A stretch of 64,000 bases of DNA from Nitrosopumilus sp. (GCA_965205215.1 OZ242041.1:1536001-1600000), one strand, 5' to 3'. Numbered from the stretch's first letter, positions 1 through 9,700 are shown. Numbers and translations are program-made. The notes: a model not told the origin generated them from the letters alone.

Positions 1-559
1 CGGGGTGCTTGAACTGCCCCCTCGAGTCGTCCCACCACAGTATACGCCCCGGCGTGTCACGTATCTCGGCCCCGCTTACCAGCACCACGTCGGCAAGCCC
101 GGACGCGACGTGCGCGTATCCGGACACGATAGCGTTCGTCCCCGAACTACACAGGCTCTCCACCGTATGGGCCGCGCGGGGGTGCATACCTGCCAGTTCC
201 GCAAGTATGGGTGCCATGTATCCGGATCCCATCCTGGGCGCATGGCGGTCGCTGGCAGGCGGGCTTCCGGCGCTACCAGGACGGCCGCCGCCGCGGCTGT
301 CACTACCGCCATCTCTGCCCTCTCCATCATCATCACCACCACTATTGCCACCACCATAACTGTCATGGCCTGCGGATCCGGCTCCCGTATATCCGCCCGA
401 CGCGTTTGAGACGATTACAGCCTCCACGTCGCGCCTGTCGCACTCGGGAGTCGAGTCGAACAAATTTTTTACAGAGCGCAGCAGCACAGCCTCCAGGGCC
501 TCGGAGGTGTCGCTTGTGAACCTTGTCGTGCCGCAGCCCACTATGTATGCACGCCTCAT
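1..559 (-). CDS. Thiolase-family protein (acetyl-CoA C-acyltransferase-like), runs off the left window edge
   Basis: Not in the ORF track. Manual translation from ATG 559 (ATGA overlap with the LLM stop): MRRAYIVGCGTTRF...YMAPILAELAGMHPRAAHTVESLCSSGTNAIVSGYAHVASGLADVVLVSGAE, i.e. thiolase N-domain with the catalytic Cys motif. Confidence 0.85.
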   Translation of the reverse strand, partial: MRRAYIVGCGTTRFTSDTSEALEAVLLRSVKNLFDSTPECDRRDVEAVIVSNASGGYTGAGSAGHDSYGGGNSGGDDDGEGRDGGSDSRGGGRPGSAGSPPASDRHAPRMGSGYMAPILAELAGMHPRAAHTVESLCSSGTNAIVSGYAHVASGLADVVLVSGAEIRDTPGRILWWDDSRGQFKHP

Positions 560-1578
560 GGCATCCCACCATTATCATCATACTTTGTCGAGCCGGCGCC
601 GCCATAACCAAAGAACGTCTCTGCAAACAGGGCAAACGACCCCGCCACGTCCCCGACCGGGTTAAACTGCAGTATGGGCAGGTCCAACCCCGCGTCCCGG
701 AACGCGCCAAGCCGATTTTTGCAGGACTTGGGGGTGCCGCATACGGCAAGCGCGTCAAGCATCTCGTCGGAAACGTACCGGTGCACGCCTGCAAGTCCGC
801 TGCTGCGGTACTCGCCATATATCGACGCGGTCTCGTCTGCAAACCCGTTGGCCGACAGAAAGTTTCTGTAAACGTCGCCGACTGCCACATAGAACGCGAT
901 CGTACGCCTTGCCCTCTCCACCGCGGCCTCCCCGCCGTCGTCGTCCGATACGCAGGTTATCAGCTGGCATGCAACGTCGATGCGCCTGCCCGACTCTTTG
1001 TGCATTGCGCGTATAGTGCGCCTCATCTCGTCGACGGGCCTCAGGTAGAAGATTACGCCGTCCCCCACATCCCACGCAAGGCGGACCATTCCCCTGTTGA
1101 CGGCGGCCAGGTATACCGGAATGCTGTCCTGTACGGGCCTCACGAGAAGCCTGAACCCGTTCAGCGAGAACAGCTCGCCCTCGTAGTCGACTCGCCTGCC
1201 GGATGTGGCCAGCCGCACTACTTCTACAGTCTCGCGCACGCGTTTGAGCGGGTTCTCGTACCGCACGCCGTGCAGTCCCTCCACGATGGCGGGGCTGCTT
1301 GCGCCGATTCCAAGCAGAAGCCTGCCGCCGGAGAGGGTGTCGACGGTAGCGGCCCCCATTGCGATTGCGGCAGGGCTGCGCGAATACACGTTGACAATGG
1401 ACGAGCCTATGCGCGGCGACGGCGCGGCGGCGGACACCGCGCCCAGCATCGCAAAGGACTCCATGCCCCACGTCTCCGGCACCCAGATTGCGCCAACGTC
1501 GGTTTTCGACAGCGTCTTGGCGCACGACAGGATCTCGTTTATGGACAGCAGCGAGCCGAGGCTGCATGACAGTCTCAT
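556..1578 (-). CDS. LLM-class (luciferase-like, probably F420-dependent) oxidoreductase
   Basis: WVPETWG, YSRSPAAIAMGAATVDTLSGGRLLLGIGAS, IPVYLAA motifs; start taken at MRLSCSLG. Confidence 0.9.
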   Translation of the reverse strand: MRLSCSLGSLLSINEILSCAKTLSKTDVGAIWVPETWGMESFAMLGAVSAAAPSPRIGSSIVNVYSRSPAAIAMGAATVDTLSGGRLLLGIGASSPAIVEGLHGVRYENPLKRVRETVEVVRLATSGRRVDYEGELFSLNGFRLLVRPVQDSIPVYLAAVNRGMVRLAWDVGDGVIFYLRPVDEMRRTIRAMHKESGRRIDVACQLITCVSDDDGGEAAVERARRTIAFYVAVGDVYRNFLSANGFADETASIYGEYRSSGLAGVHRYVSDEMLDALAVCGTPKSCKNRLGAFRDAGLDLPILQFNPVGDVAGSFALFAETFFGYGGAGSTKYDDNGGMP

Positions 1579-1799
1579 GCCGTGACATCCCCCCATCTTG
1601 TAATATTTAGCATGTGATGCGACGGCCATGCTGCAGGCAGACGCCTTCGCGTACGGGGGCTTCGGCCGTCCCGTGCGCCGCGGCATGCGCCCCCGATGCA
1701 GCTGCCGGAGTGCCGGGGAGTTTAGCGTTCAAAAATTTGAGCAATAGGTTTGATATGGTTGAGGTGGCATGTTATCAATCCGCTCGGCCAGTCCGCACT

Positions 1800-1943
1800 A
1801 TGAGCAGTCAACTCATGGAGGATCCCAAGAGGGGGAGCGGTTTTTGGGACGACGCCACAAGGTATGCGGCGGCCAGCAACGACGAGTCCTTCGTCGACGA
1901 GGTGGCATATATGATGGTCACGCTGCACAGGACGGGCAACTGA
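1800..1943 (+). CDS. Small hypothetical protein (47 aa)
   Basis: MSSQLMEDPKRGSGFWDD...; protein-like composition, AT-rich promoter-like upstream region. Confidence 0.45.
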   Translation: MSSQLMEDPKRGSGFWDDATRYAAASNDESFVDEVAYMMVTLHRTGN

Positions 1944-2028
1944 GCCGGCCCTGTCGCGCTAGGTCTGCGGGGAAGCGACGGTGCGTTAGAGACGCAGCCC
2001 AATCAATAGGTCCGGGGCACGGCGCCCG

Positions 2029-2796
2029 TCATCCGGCCCTACCGGTACCGGAGCCGCGTTCTCGCAGCATGGACTCGCACGCCTCGAGATCCTTGAACGA
2101 GTCCACCGACTGCCACATGGCCGGCGCACTGCCCCCTGTTGCGGGCCCTCCGAACGTGACGGTCCTCAGCCTGCCAGACTCGGCATATTTTGGAAACAGC
2201 GTCTTCTCAATGTCGCCCACCTCTGGAAGATCGGCAAGCACCTCGCGGCCCAGGTGGTACAGGCCGGCGTTCATCCACAGGCCGGGCACGTCGCGCTTCT
2301 CATCAAACTTGGCAATCGTGCGAGGATCATGGCCTGCTCCTGTGCCGCCTTTGCTGGCGGCGCCGTCGTCGTCATCGTCATTTAGTATCATCACACCGTA
2401 GTTTGTGCGCAGCGGTATGGCGGCGACCGAATTTCTGACTTCCATGAGGGCCCCGATGTCGATGTCCGTTATGACGTCCCCGTTCATCACCACAAACGAG
2501 TCGTCGCGCCCTATGTAGCCCGTGGCGCGCCTTATGGCGCCCCCGGTCCCAAGGGGGGTCTCCTCTTCGGATATCTCCACCCTGGCTCCGTAGGATTTTG
2601 CGCTTATCATGTCGCGTATCATGCCGGTCTTGTATCCGGTGCAGACTATAACGTCCCGTATGCCGAACTTTAGGAGGTGCCTTATCTGCCATTCCAGTAT
2701 GGGCACGTTGCAGACCGGCACAAGAGGCTTTGGCACATAGTCCGTAACAGGCCTCATCCTCTTGCCCCTTCCCCCCGCCAGTATGACAGCCTTCAA
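2029..2796 (-). CDS. Sugar-phosphate nucleotidyltransferase (NDP-sugar synthase family)
   Basis: MKAVILAGGRGKRMRPVTDYVPKPL, EETPLGTGGAI, VMNGDVI, NAGLY motifs. Confidence 0.93.
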   Translation of the reverse strand: MKAVILAGGRGKRMRPVTDYVPKPLVPVCNVPILEWQIRHLLKFGIRDVIVCTGYKTGMIRDMISAKSYGARVEISEEETPLGTGGAIRRATGYIGRDDSFVVMNGDVITDIDIGALMEVRNSVAAIPLRTNYGVMILNDDDDDGAASKGGTGAGHDPRTIAKFDEKRDVPGLWMNAGLYHLGREVLADLPEVGDIEKTLFPKYAESGRLRTVTFGGPATGGSAPAMWQSVDSFKDLEACESMLRERGSGTGRAG

Positions 2797-2955
2797 CTAC
2801 TTGAGGCTGCACCATGTATAATGTAAATTTAGGGCAGCGGCAGGGTGCGGGCCTGCAGGCGTACGCAAGCAGGCGCGCGCCCGTCGCAGGATTCGCGTAG
2901 CGGCCGGTAGCAAGGCATACTGAATCCGTCCCTGCTGCTGCTGTTGCTGCCAGCA

Positions 2956-3144
2956 TCAGGGCACGTCGTCACTGTCACCGCTCGCCCCCTGCGCATCCTG
3001 TCCCTGCCCGGGTTCGGTAAGATAGTAGTGCAGTTCCGTATAGCACTCCGTGCAGTACTCTGCATAGTCCGTATGGTCGCAGTTGTACGTCTTTTTTGCG
3101 CCGTTGTGGCACTTTGCGCATATGACGGGAAGCGGGGCATCCAA
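2956..3144 (-). CDS. Small Cys/His-rich (zinc-binding) protein
   Basis: CAKC...CDH...CTEC spacing in 62 aa; directly downstream of the 3154-3561 gene. Confidence 0.7.
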   Translation of the reverse strand: MDAPLPVICAKCHNGAKKTYNCDHTDYAEYCTECYTELHYYLTEPGQGQDAQGASGDSDDVP

Positions 3145-3153
3145 CTGTCATCA

Positions 3154-3561
3154 TCACTGCCGTCTGCGCGAGCGGTACGCGCCAAAGGCGCCCATTGCGA
3201 TGTGGATGGCGCCCGCCCCAAGCAGCATCGCGCTCTCCACGACCACCGGCCTGCCGGTCTCCTCGGCCTCGGCCATGTCCGCGTTGGCAAGGACGAACCC
3301 GCCTCCGGCCATTATCAGTATGCCGGTTACGACTATCATGGCCCCCAGGACACCGGAGGGGCTCCTCCAGGTCATTCCGAACGCGATAAACGGGAGCACC
3401 AGCGCGGGGGCGCCCAAGGCCATTCCACGCACCTTTGCATCAAACGGCAGGAATCCCTGCTCCGCGTCACCAGATGCCTGGATTGCTGCCACGTCGGCCC
3501 CGTATACCACAAGCAGTACAATCGATATTCCCGTGATGCCGATTGCTATCCCGGTCAGCAT
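3154..3561 (-). CDS. Hypothetical membrane protein (about 4 TM)
   Basis: Four hydrophobic segments; TTTATTA-like box upstream. Confidence 0.75.
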   Translation of the reverse strand: MLTGIAIGITGISIVLLVVYGADVAAIQASGDAEQGFLPFDAKVRGMALGAPALVLPFIAFGMTWRSPSGVLGAMIVVTGILIMAGGGFVLANADMAEAEETGRPVVVESAMLLGAGAIHIAMGAFGAYRSRRRQ

Positions 3562-3632
3562 GAACCAGTTTCGAGGGAACTTCTAATAAACCGTTGCCGA
3601 CGCCGTGCGGTGGGTTCCGGGCCCCGAGGGCA

Positions 3633-3671
3633 GCATATCAGGCAGGCATATCAGGCAGGCATATCAGGCAG
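3633..3671. repeat. Tandem repeat GCATATCAGGCAG x3
   Basis: Three perfect 13-bp units at 3633, 3646, 3659 in the intergenic gap after purK. Confidence 0.95.
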
Positions 3672-3704
3672 GCAGCCGCCGCGGCCGACCGGGTGTTTGA
3701 TGAT

Positions 3705-4865
3705 CTACTGCGGGTCGCGCGCGGGCAGCGCCACGGCCCCTGCCCTTATCGATTCAAGCCTCTCAAGCACGTGCTCTGCCCCCTGCCCCTCCCTGCCCGT
3801 CAGGTTCAGATGTCCCAGCTTGCGGAGGGGCTTGGAGGTCTTCTTGCCGTACATCTTCAGGAACGTGTGCCCGTCGTCCTGCGGCACCTCGGGGCTGCGG
3901 TAGGGCCCCTCGTATCCATGTATCCCCAGTATGTTATACATGACTGCGCTCGTCCTCAGCGCGGTGCCGCCGAGACTCATGCCGAGGATGGCGCGCAGGT
4001 GCTGCTCAAACTGCGACGTCTCGCTTGACTGCAGCGAGTGGTGTCCGGAATTGTGGACGCGCGGCGCAATCTCGTTTATCATCACGCCGCCGTCGCCGGT
4101 GACAAACATCTCTATCCCAAACACGCCGGCGCCCTTCAGCACCCCCATGGTCTGCTCCGCTATGTGCCTGGCGCGCGCCGCCACGCCGTCGGACACCCTT
4201 GCAGGGGCTATCGTCGTCCGCAGGATGTTCTCCTCGTGCACGTTCTCCACGAGCGGGTACGTCCCGATCTCGCCGCGCGTGCTCCTTGCGGCGATTACGG
4301 ACACCTCCTTGACAAACGGCACAAACCTCTCAAGCATCATGGGCCTTCCCTCGAACCTCCCGTATGCGCCGCGCACCTCGCCGGGGGAGTCTATCTTGCA
4401 GTTCCCTCTGCCGTCGTACGCGTCCCTGCGCGCCTTTAGCAGCGCGGGGTATCCAAACTCCTCCAGCGCCCCCCGGAGGCCGTCCAGCCCGTCTATGGCC
4501 ACAAAGTCCGGTACCGGAATCCCGTTCTCCGCGAGGAACGACTTTTGCGCGTGCTTGTCCTGTATGATCCGGAGCGTCGCAGGCGAAGGCTCTATCCTGG
4601 CGCGGTCGGCAACTGACTCCAGCACGTCGCTGTCGCCGGACTCTATCTCGTACGTTATCACGTCGGCGCGCCTCGACAGCTCCACTATGGCGTCCCTGTC
4701 CTTGAAGTCGGCCACGATCTGCTCGGCCCCGGCCAGGGATGCGGGGCACCCCTCGGTGGGATCAAGCACCACGACCTTTGATATGCGGTCGGGCATCGCC
4801 GAGGCGGCCTCTGTCAGCATCATGCCAAGCTGCCCTCCGCCGATTATTCCCAGTACCTGCGCCAT
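3705..4865 (-). CDS. purK: N5-carboxyaminoimidazole ribonucleotide synthase
   Basis: LGIIGGGQLGMM, DVITYEIE, YDGRGN, NEIAPRVHNSGH, RKLGH; divergent from purE. Confidence 0.97.
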   Translation of the reverse strand: MAQVLGIIGGGQLGMMLTEAASAMPDRISKVVVLDPTEGCPASLAGAEQIVADFKDRDAIVELSRRADVITYEIESGDSDVLESVADRARIEPSPATLRIIQDKHAQKSFLAENGIPVPDFVAIDGLDGLRGALEEFGYPALLKARRDAYDGRGNCKIDSPGEVRGAYGRFEGRPMMLERFVPFVKEVSVIAARSTRGEIGTYPLVENVHEENILRTTIAPARVSDGVAARARHIAEQTMGVLKGAGVFGIEMFVTGDGGVMINEIAPRVHNSGHHSLQSSETSQFEQHLRAILGMSLGGTALRTSAVMYNILGIHGYEGPYRSPEVPQDDGHTFLKMYGKKTSKPLRKLGHLNLTGREGQGAEHVLERLESIRAGAVALPARDPQ

Positions 4866-5056
4866 TGCAGGCACGCTGCACTCCAAATAAAAAAACCAAT
4901 CTAATGCCGGCAAAGCGCCCCTGCGCACGGCCGCGTGGAGGCGGCAACGGCAGCAAAGGCAGAAGCAACAATGGCAGAAGCAGCGGCGCCTCCGCCCATG
5001 GTGGCGTCGCCGTGACGCAACGCTATCGTTAATTACCCTCGCCGCGCACCAACTGC

Positions 5057-5599
5057 ATGACGGACGCGGCGCGGATAGGCATCATAATGGGGTCCAGCTC
5101 GGACGCGGCAGTAATGGCGGACGCGGCCCGCATACTGGACTCACTTGGCATCCCGCACGAGGATCAGATAGTCTCGGCGCACCGCACCCCGGACAGGCTT
5201 GCCACGTACGCCAGGCACGCCGAGTCGTCGGGCTTTGCGGCAATCATAGCCGGCGCCGGCGGGGCCGCCCACCTGCCGGGCATGATCGCGTCCCACACCG
5301 TGATACCGGTCATAGGGGTGCCCATAATGGCGTACAACAACAAGAACCAGACGGGGGACGAGACGCTCCGCCTCTCCGCATTCGGCGGCCTCGACTCCCT
5401 GCTCTCCATAACCGAGATGCCCGCAGGGGCTCCCGTGGTATCAGTGGGCGTCAACAAGGCAAAGAATGCGGGCATGTACGCCGCAATGATTCTTGCGGTT
5501 ACCGACGACTCGGTACGCGGGGCCCTTGCAGACATGAAGCGTTCGCAGCACGACGCCGTCCTCAAAGAGTCCGAGGAGCTGCAGTCAAGGGGGCTCTAG
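5057..5599 (+). CDS. purE: N5-CAIR mutase
   Basis: IIMGSSSD, SAHRTPD, IAGAGGAAHLPGMIAS, GLDSLLSITEMP. Confidence 0.97.
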   Translation: MTDAARIGIIMGSSSDAAVMADAARILDSLGIPHEDQIVSAHRTPDRLATYARHAESSGFAAIIAGAGGAAHLPGMIASHTVIPVIGVPIMAYNNKNQTGDETLRLSAFGGLDSLLSITEMPAGAPVVSVGVNKAKNAGMYAAMILAVTDDSVRGALADMKRSQHDAVLKESEELQSRGL

Positions 5600-5628
5600 A
5601 TTCCTCCCGCCAGCGCGTCCTGGCCGCG

Positions 5629-6843
5629 TCAGGTCAGCAGCCGGAACTGGACATGCTTTGCCCTGAGGCTCTCGATCAGCTTGTCGGCCTGCTTCTGGCC
5701 CTCCGTCTCCAGGCTCATCGTGACGCCGGCCGAGCCCGCCCTGATGTCCGAGCTCAGCCTGTCGTGCACCACCTCTACGATGTTTGCGTTTGCGGCGGTA
5801 ATCTCGTCTACGATCTCCTTGAACGCGCCGGGCCTGTCGGGAAGCAGCACGGATATCTTCAGCAGCCTTTTCATGGCGGCAAGCCCCTTGTCGACGATCT
5901 GCCCCAGCAGGTACATGTCCACGTTGCCCCCGGCCAATACCGCGGCAATCTTCTTTCCTGGGGCCGGCTTGTTCTCAAGAACGTACGCCAGGCTTGCGGC
6001 CCCCGCGGGCTCCACCACGAACTTCATGCGCTCCATCAGCAGGAACATCGTCTTTGCGATCGCGGTGTCGTCCACCAGCACCACGTCGTCTATCAGGCGC
6101 CTGACCACGTCAAACGTGATCTCCCCGGGCATCCGGACCGAGATGCCGTCGGCGATGGTCCGGGGCCCGCCTGCGACCGGCGTCCTGGCCGAGCTGCGCA
6201 CGGAGAGGTGCATCGAGGGGAACGAGTCGGACTGCACGCCGACCACCCGCACGTGGGGGTGGGTCTCCTTTATGGCAATCAGCATGCCGGCGGCAAGGCC
6301 GCCCCCGCCCACTGGGACGTACACCTCCTCCACATCCGGCAGCTCGTCGAGAATCTCAAGCCCTATCACGCCTTGGGCCGCTATCACGTCAGGATCATCA
6401 AAGGCGTGTATGACGGTGGCCCCGGTCTCCTCTGCAATGCGCGTGGCCCTCTCAAACGACTCGTCGTAGTTTGAGCCCTCAAGCACCACCTCCGCACCGT
6501 ATCCGCGGGTTGCCGCAATCTTTGCCGGCGATGCGTTCTTTGGCATCACGATGGTGCACTTGACGCCTTCAAGCGACGAGGCCAGCGCAACCCCCTGGGC
6601 ATGGTTCCCCGCAGAGGCGGCCACCACGCCCTTTGCCTTTTCACCGGGGGAGAGGGATCTCATCTTGTGGTACGCCCCGCGGATCTTAAACGAGCCGGTC
6701 TTCTGCCGGAACTCCGCCTTGAGGTAGACGTCAGAGCCGCACATGTCGGAAAGCGACGGCGAGCGCACCAGGGGCGTCCTCTTGATCTGCGAGCCCCTCA
6801 TCGAATCGGCCCTCTTCACATCCGCGTACGTAGGTATGATCAT
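5629..6843 (-). CDS. ilvA: Threonine ammonia-lyase with C-terminal ACT domain
   Basis: KTGSFKIRGA PLP-lysine, ASAGNHAQG, PVGGGGL, EPAGA, LPDRPG ACT start. Confidence 0.95.
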   Translation of the reverse strand: MIIPTYADVKRADSMRGSQIKRTPLVRSPSLSDMCGSDVYLKAEFRQKTGSFKIRGAYHKMRSLSPGEKAKGVVAASAGNHAQGVALASSLEGVKCTIVMPKNASPAKIAATRGYGAEVVLEGSNYDESFERATRIAEETGATVIHAFDDPDVIAAQGVIGLEILDELPDVEEVYVPVGGGGLAAGMLIAIKETHPHVRVVGVQSDSFPSMHLSVRSSARTPVAGGPRTIADGISVRMPGEITFDVVRRLIDDVVLVDDTAIAKTMFLLMERMKFVVEPAGAASLAYVLENKPAPGKKIAAVLAGGNVDMYLLGQIVDKGLAAMKRLLKISVLLPDRPGAFKEIVDEITAANANIVEVVHDRLSSDIRAGSAGVTMSLETEGQKQADKLIESLRAKHVQFRLLT

Positions 6844-7173
6844 CACAGACAGTCCCCCGACACCCCTACCTATTTGGGTTGTTATCGCAGCAGGGCGCGG
6901 ACGGAGCCGCTTTTCGAGGGGCGCTTGGCGCAGCCCTTCGAAGCTTTCCAGACAGGCAGGCCGCGGCACGCCGCGAGGCACTGACGGCAGTCACGTATCC
7001 GTCCCCTCTCGCCCAGCACGCGTCGCGGGCAGAACCCCTTCCCTCCCCCGAGCCAAAGACAGGAGTTATGCCGGCGGGGGGAGAGGGGCGCCAGACTTGC
7101 CAAAACCCACTTAAATGTACATAATGAAGAGCGCAGGACGCAAAAACGGGCTGCGTCCCCGCGATCAAAATGA

Positions 7174-7180
7174 TTAAATA
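7174..7180 (+). promoter_or_regulatory. Archaeal TATA-like box (TTAAATA) with no downstream ORF
   Basis: Preceded by A-rich CAAAATGA; about 24 nt upstream of the 7204 hairpin. Confidence 0.5.
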
Positions 7181-7203
7181 CTCTAGTTAGATCGCAAAAG
7201 CAT

Positions 7204-7265
7204 ATCGGGGGATCGGAGCTCCCCCATGAGAGAGACATCTCTACTCCGGTTCCTTGATTAATACA
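7204..7265 (+). ncRNA. Candidate structured small RNA
   Basis: 7204-7218 pairs with 7244-7258 as a continuous 15-bp helix with 4 G-U pairs; inner AGAGA/UCUCU hairpin; ACA at 7263-7265; begins at the expected distance from a TATA box. Confidence 0.45.
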
Positions 7266-7280
7266 ACCTACAAGACGGTT

Positions 7281-8150
7281 TTACCCGTCGATGGCGCCCG
7301 CCAGCTCCCCGAGCCGGGATACGAGAGCCTCCCGTGCATCCTTTGTGACGGTGTCGGGGTCAAAGCGGCCGTCCCTTGGAGCCTTAGCGGCGGGATCTGC
7401 TGCCACCTCCGCGATCTTCTCGACATCGGTGGTATAGAGAAAGCCGTCCTCCCCCGTGACCAGCCGCGCGTCGTCTATCATCAGGGCAGTGGTGCTGTAC
7501 ACCTCGATCAGGAGCGAGTCGAGCTCCGCAAACAGCGCGTCGCGCCTGTCGGCATGCACTGCGAGCCCCGCGTCGTCGACCGTTTTTTTTATTTCGGCCT
7601 CGATGCTTCCGGCAAGTGACTCGTCGCGGTACAGGGTCTCGAAGAGCTCCGCAGGGTCGGGTTCCGCGCACCCCGCGGCTTTCAGCCGCTCCGCGGCTAT
7701 CTTGTCGCCCGCGTCCGCGATCGACTCCCTGTCGCTTCTGGCAGACTCGTCGATCCTCCCAAGCTCCCTCTGGATCTGCTCGACCCTGGCGTCCGGCTTG
7801 TAGTAGAGCAGCGCCTTGTACTGGACTGACAGGTGCACGGACAGCGCGTACCCGGACGCCTCGGACTCGAGCTTGGTGAATATGCGGCGAACGTCATCGT
7901 CGCGCGTCTCGGTCACCTCGCGCGCGTGCCAGGACGGGCCCAGGCGCGCGATTACCTTCTGCATGTACGCCTTGATGCCGCCCGCATCAAACGTGGTCTG
8001 GTCAGTGACCGTGGTGTCGCCCAGCATCACCTTTATCGGCGTCTCGGCCACCAGTGCGGTCATCTGCTTCAGGTACGCCTCCCTTATCCGAGCGTCGGCG
8101 GGCAGGAGTGCGCGCGCAAGCTCGGATTCGGGCATCGACGCGATTCTCAT
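7281..8150 (-). CDS. Conserved-looking hypothetical protein with coiled-coil region
   Basis: 289-aa ORF with typical codon usage; TTTAAA box upstream. Confidence 0.8.
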   Translation of the reverse strand: MRIASMPESELARALLPADARIREAYLKQMTALVAETPIKVMLGDTTVTDQTTFDAGGIKAYMQKVIARLGPSWHAREVTETRDDDVRRIFTKLESEASGYALSVHLSVQYKALLYYKPDARVEQIQRELGRIDESARSDRESIADAGDKIAAERLKAAGCAEPDPAELFETLYRDESLAGSIEAEIKKTVDDAGLAVHADRRDALFAELDSLLIEVYSTTALMIDDARLVTGEDGFLYTTDVEKIAEVAADPAAKAPRDGRFDPDTVTKDAREALVSRLGELAGAIDG

Positions 8151-8363
8151 TGCAAGGCGTCCGTTATCGGCGCTTTAAAGCCTGTATGATCGGGGCGGGC
8201 CCGGGAGATCCGCATGGGTATGACTGGGAGGGGCAGGAAAGCCGGGCAGTCCTGCAGCCGATCGCAGCACAGGCCAGGCCGCCGGCCCCGTGCACGGGGA
8301 TCCCCGCAGGCAGACGTCTGCCGGGCCAGGCCGCATGCGTACGGAGGCGGGCGCGCCGCGCTG

Positions 8364-9272
8364 TCAGTCCGCACAGTCAATCCTGCACTGGTCCCCGTCG
8401 GCCTCGTCCCTCAGGCGCCTTGCCATCAGGTATGGCGTGGCCAGCAGTACCGGTATGCACACGGCTATCAGGAGGGTCTGCACCTGCACGAGCGCCGCGG
8501 ACGCCGCGATGCCGCCTGCTGTGCCCACGAACAGGGACAGGAACGTGCCCGCGCACGTCGGGCACGCGACGAACAGGCCGGTGGCGGCCCCGACGGTCCC
8601 AAGCCCGCGGCGCTTCTTTGATACAGAGTACGCCCCCGCCGCAACCGACGCGTTGAGCCCCACCAAATACGACACCACGACCTGCAGCACGATGTTGACG
8701 GGCACCACCTGCAGCCCCACGGTCTCAGTCATGTACACGATTATCTTTGGCATGTAACCCGGCGCGTCGCAGCACGGCGAGACGAATCCGGACGGTATCT
8801 CGGCGCCATAATGCGTGGCAAAGTTGATGCCCGGCTGGTACACCAGGGTGCCAGATGCTAGGGAGAAGAACAGTCCGTATCCGACAAAGACCGCTGCAAA
8901 TATCCTCCGGGACCTCTTGTTCCACGTGTGTATTGCAATGACGGAGCCCAGATCACGCACCCCTGCGCGCCACTCCTCCACCTTGGACGCGTGGTAACGG
9001 TACAGCCCGTACGCGACTGCCCCCAGCGAGGCCAGCAGGGCAACGTAGAACCCGTACGCAAGCCTCTGCACCACGTGTATTGCGTCAGGCGTAAGGCTGG
9101 CAGGATCCTGGTACCTGCCGTATATGAGAAACAGGGCGGCCATCATCACAAAGCCGGCCGCGACCAGGCGCGTTCCGCCGGCCGCGCGGCGGCGGTGCCC
9201 GCCACCGTCTCCCATGCGCACGTCCTCTGTCTCTTCCATGGACGGAGGGGGCGCATCTCGATTAAATTCCAT
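8364..9272 (-). CDS. Hypothetical multi-pass membrane protein with CC and CxxC motifs
   Basis: About 6 TM segments; SPCCD and ACPTCAG. Confidence 0.8.
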   Translation of the reverse strand: MEFNRDAPPPSMEETEDVRMGDGGGHRRRAAGGTRLVAAGFVMMAALFLIYGRYQDPASLTPDAIHVVQRLAYGFYVALLASLGAVAYGLYRYHASKVEEWRAGVRDLGSVIAIHTWNKRSRRIFAAVFVGYGLFFSLASGTLVYQPGINFATHYGAEIPSGFVSPCCDAPGYMPKIIVYMTETVGLQVVPVNIVLQVVVSYLVGLNASVAAGAYSVSKKRRGLGTVGAATGLFVACPTCAGTFLSLFVGTAGGIAASAALVQVQTLLIAVCIPVLLATPYLMARRLRDEADGDQCRIDCAD

Positions 9273-9700
9273 GCGTTCTACATGGATATTGTGGTATTTT
9301 TAGGATTCTGGGCAGGGCGGCGGGCGCAAGGCGGGCGGCCCATTGATGCTGACGGGCCGCAGCCACCTTAAAAACACCATGCAGTCTGCCGGGCATGGGC
9401 AACGCGTGCGAAAGGTGCTACGGGGACGACTGGAGGCTCACGATCCTGCGTGCGCGCCAGGCGGCCAGCACCAGTCGTGAGTGCAGTGCGGCGGGTGCGG
9501 GCATATTACGAACCAACGGACGCATCTGCGCAATGACATGCATTGTGATGCCCACAGCAGCAACAGCACGCGGCGAGCATTGTAATCGTGAAGACTATTG
9601 GCTTCAGGCCGGGGTTGGTCCACATTTACAACAGTGCCAAATCACAAGTATGTTTAAATATTATTACCTTCCCGATTAAAGCAAATGGTGATTTTCTTTA

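Noticed and set aside
225-400. Intein or bulge-helix-bulge intron in the thiolase insert
   Set aside because: No Cys/Ser...His-Asn intein ends; GGATCC occurs near both ends but I could not draw a convincing BHB
6850-7100. SRP RNA, RNase P RNA or 5S rRNA
   Set aside because: Could not find the SRP helix-8 motif, the RNase P GAGGAAAGUCC motif or 5S signatures on either strand
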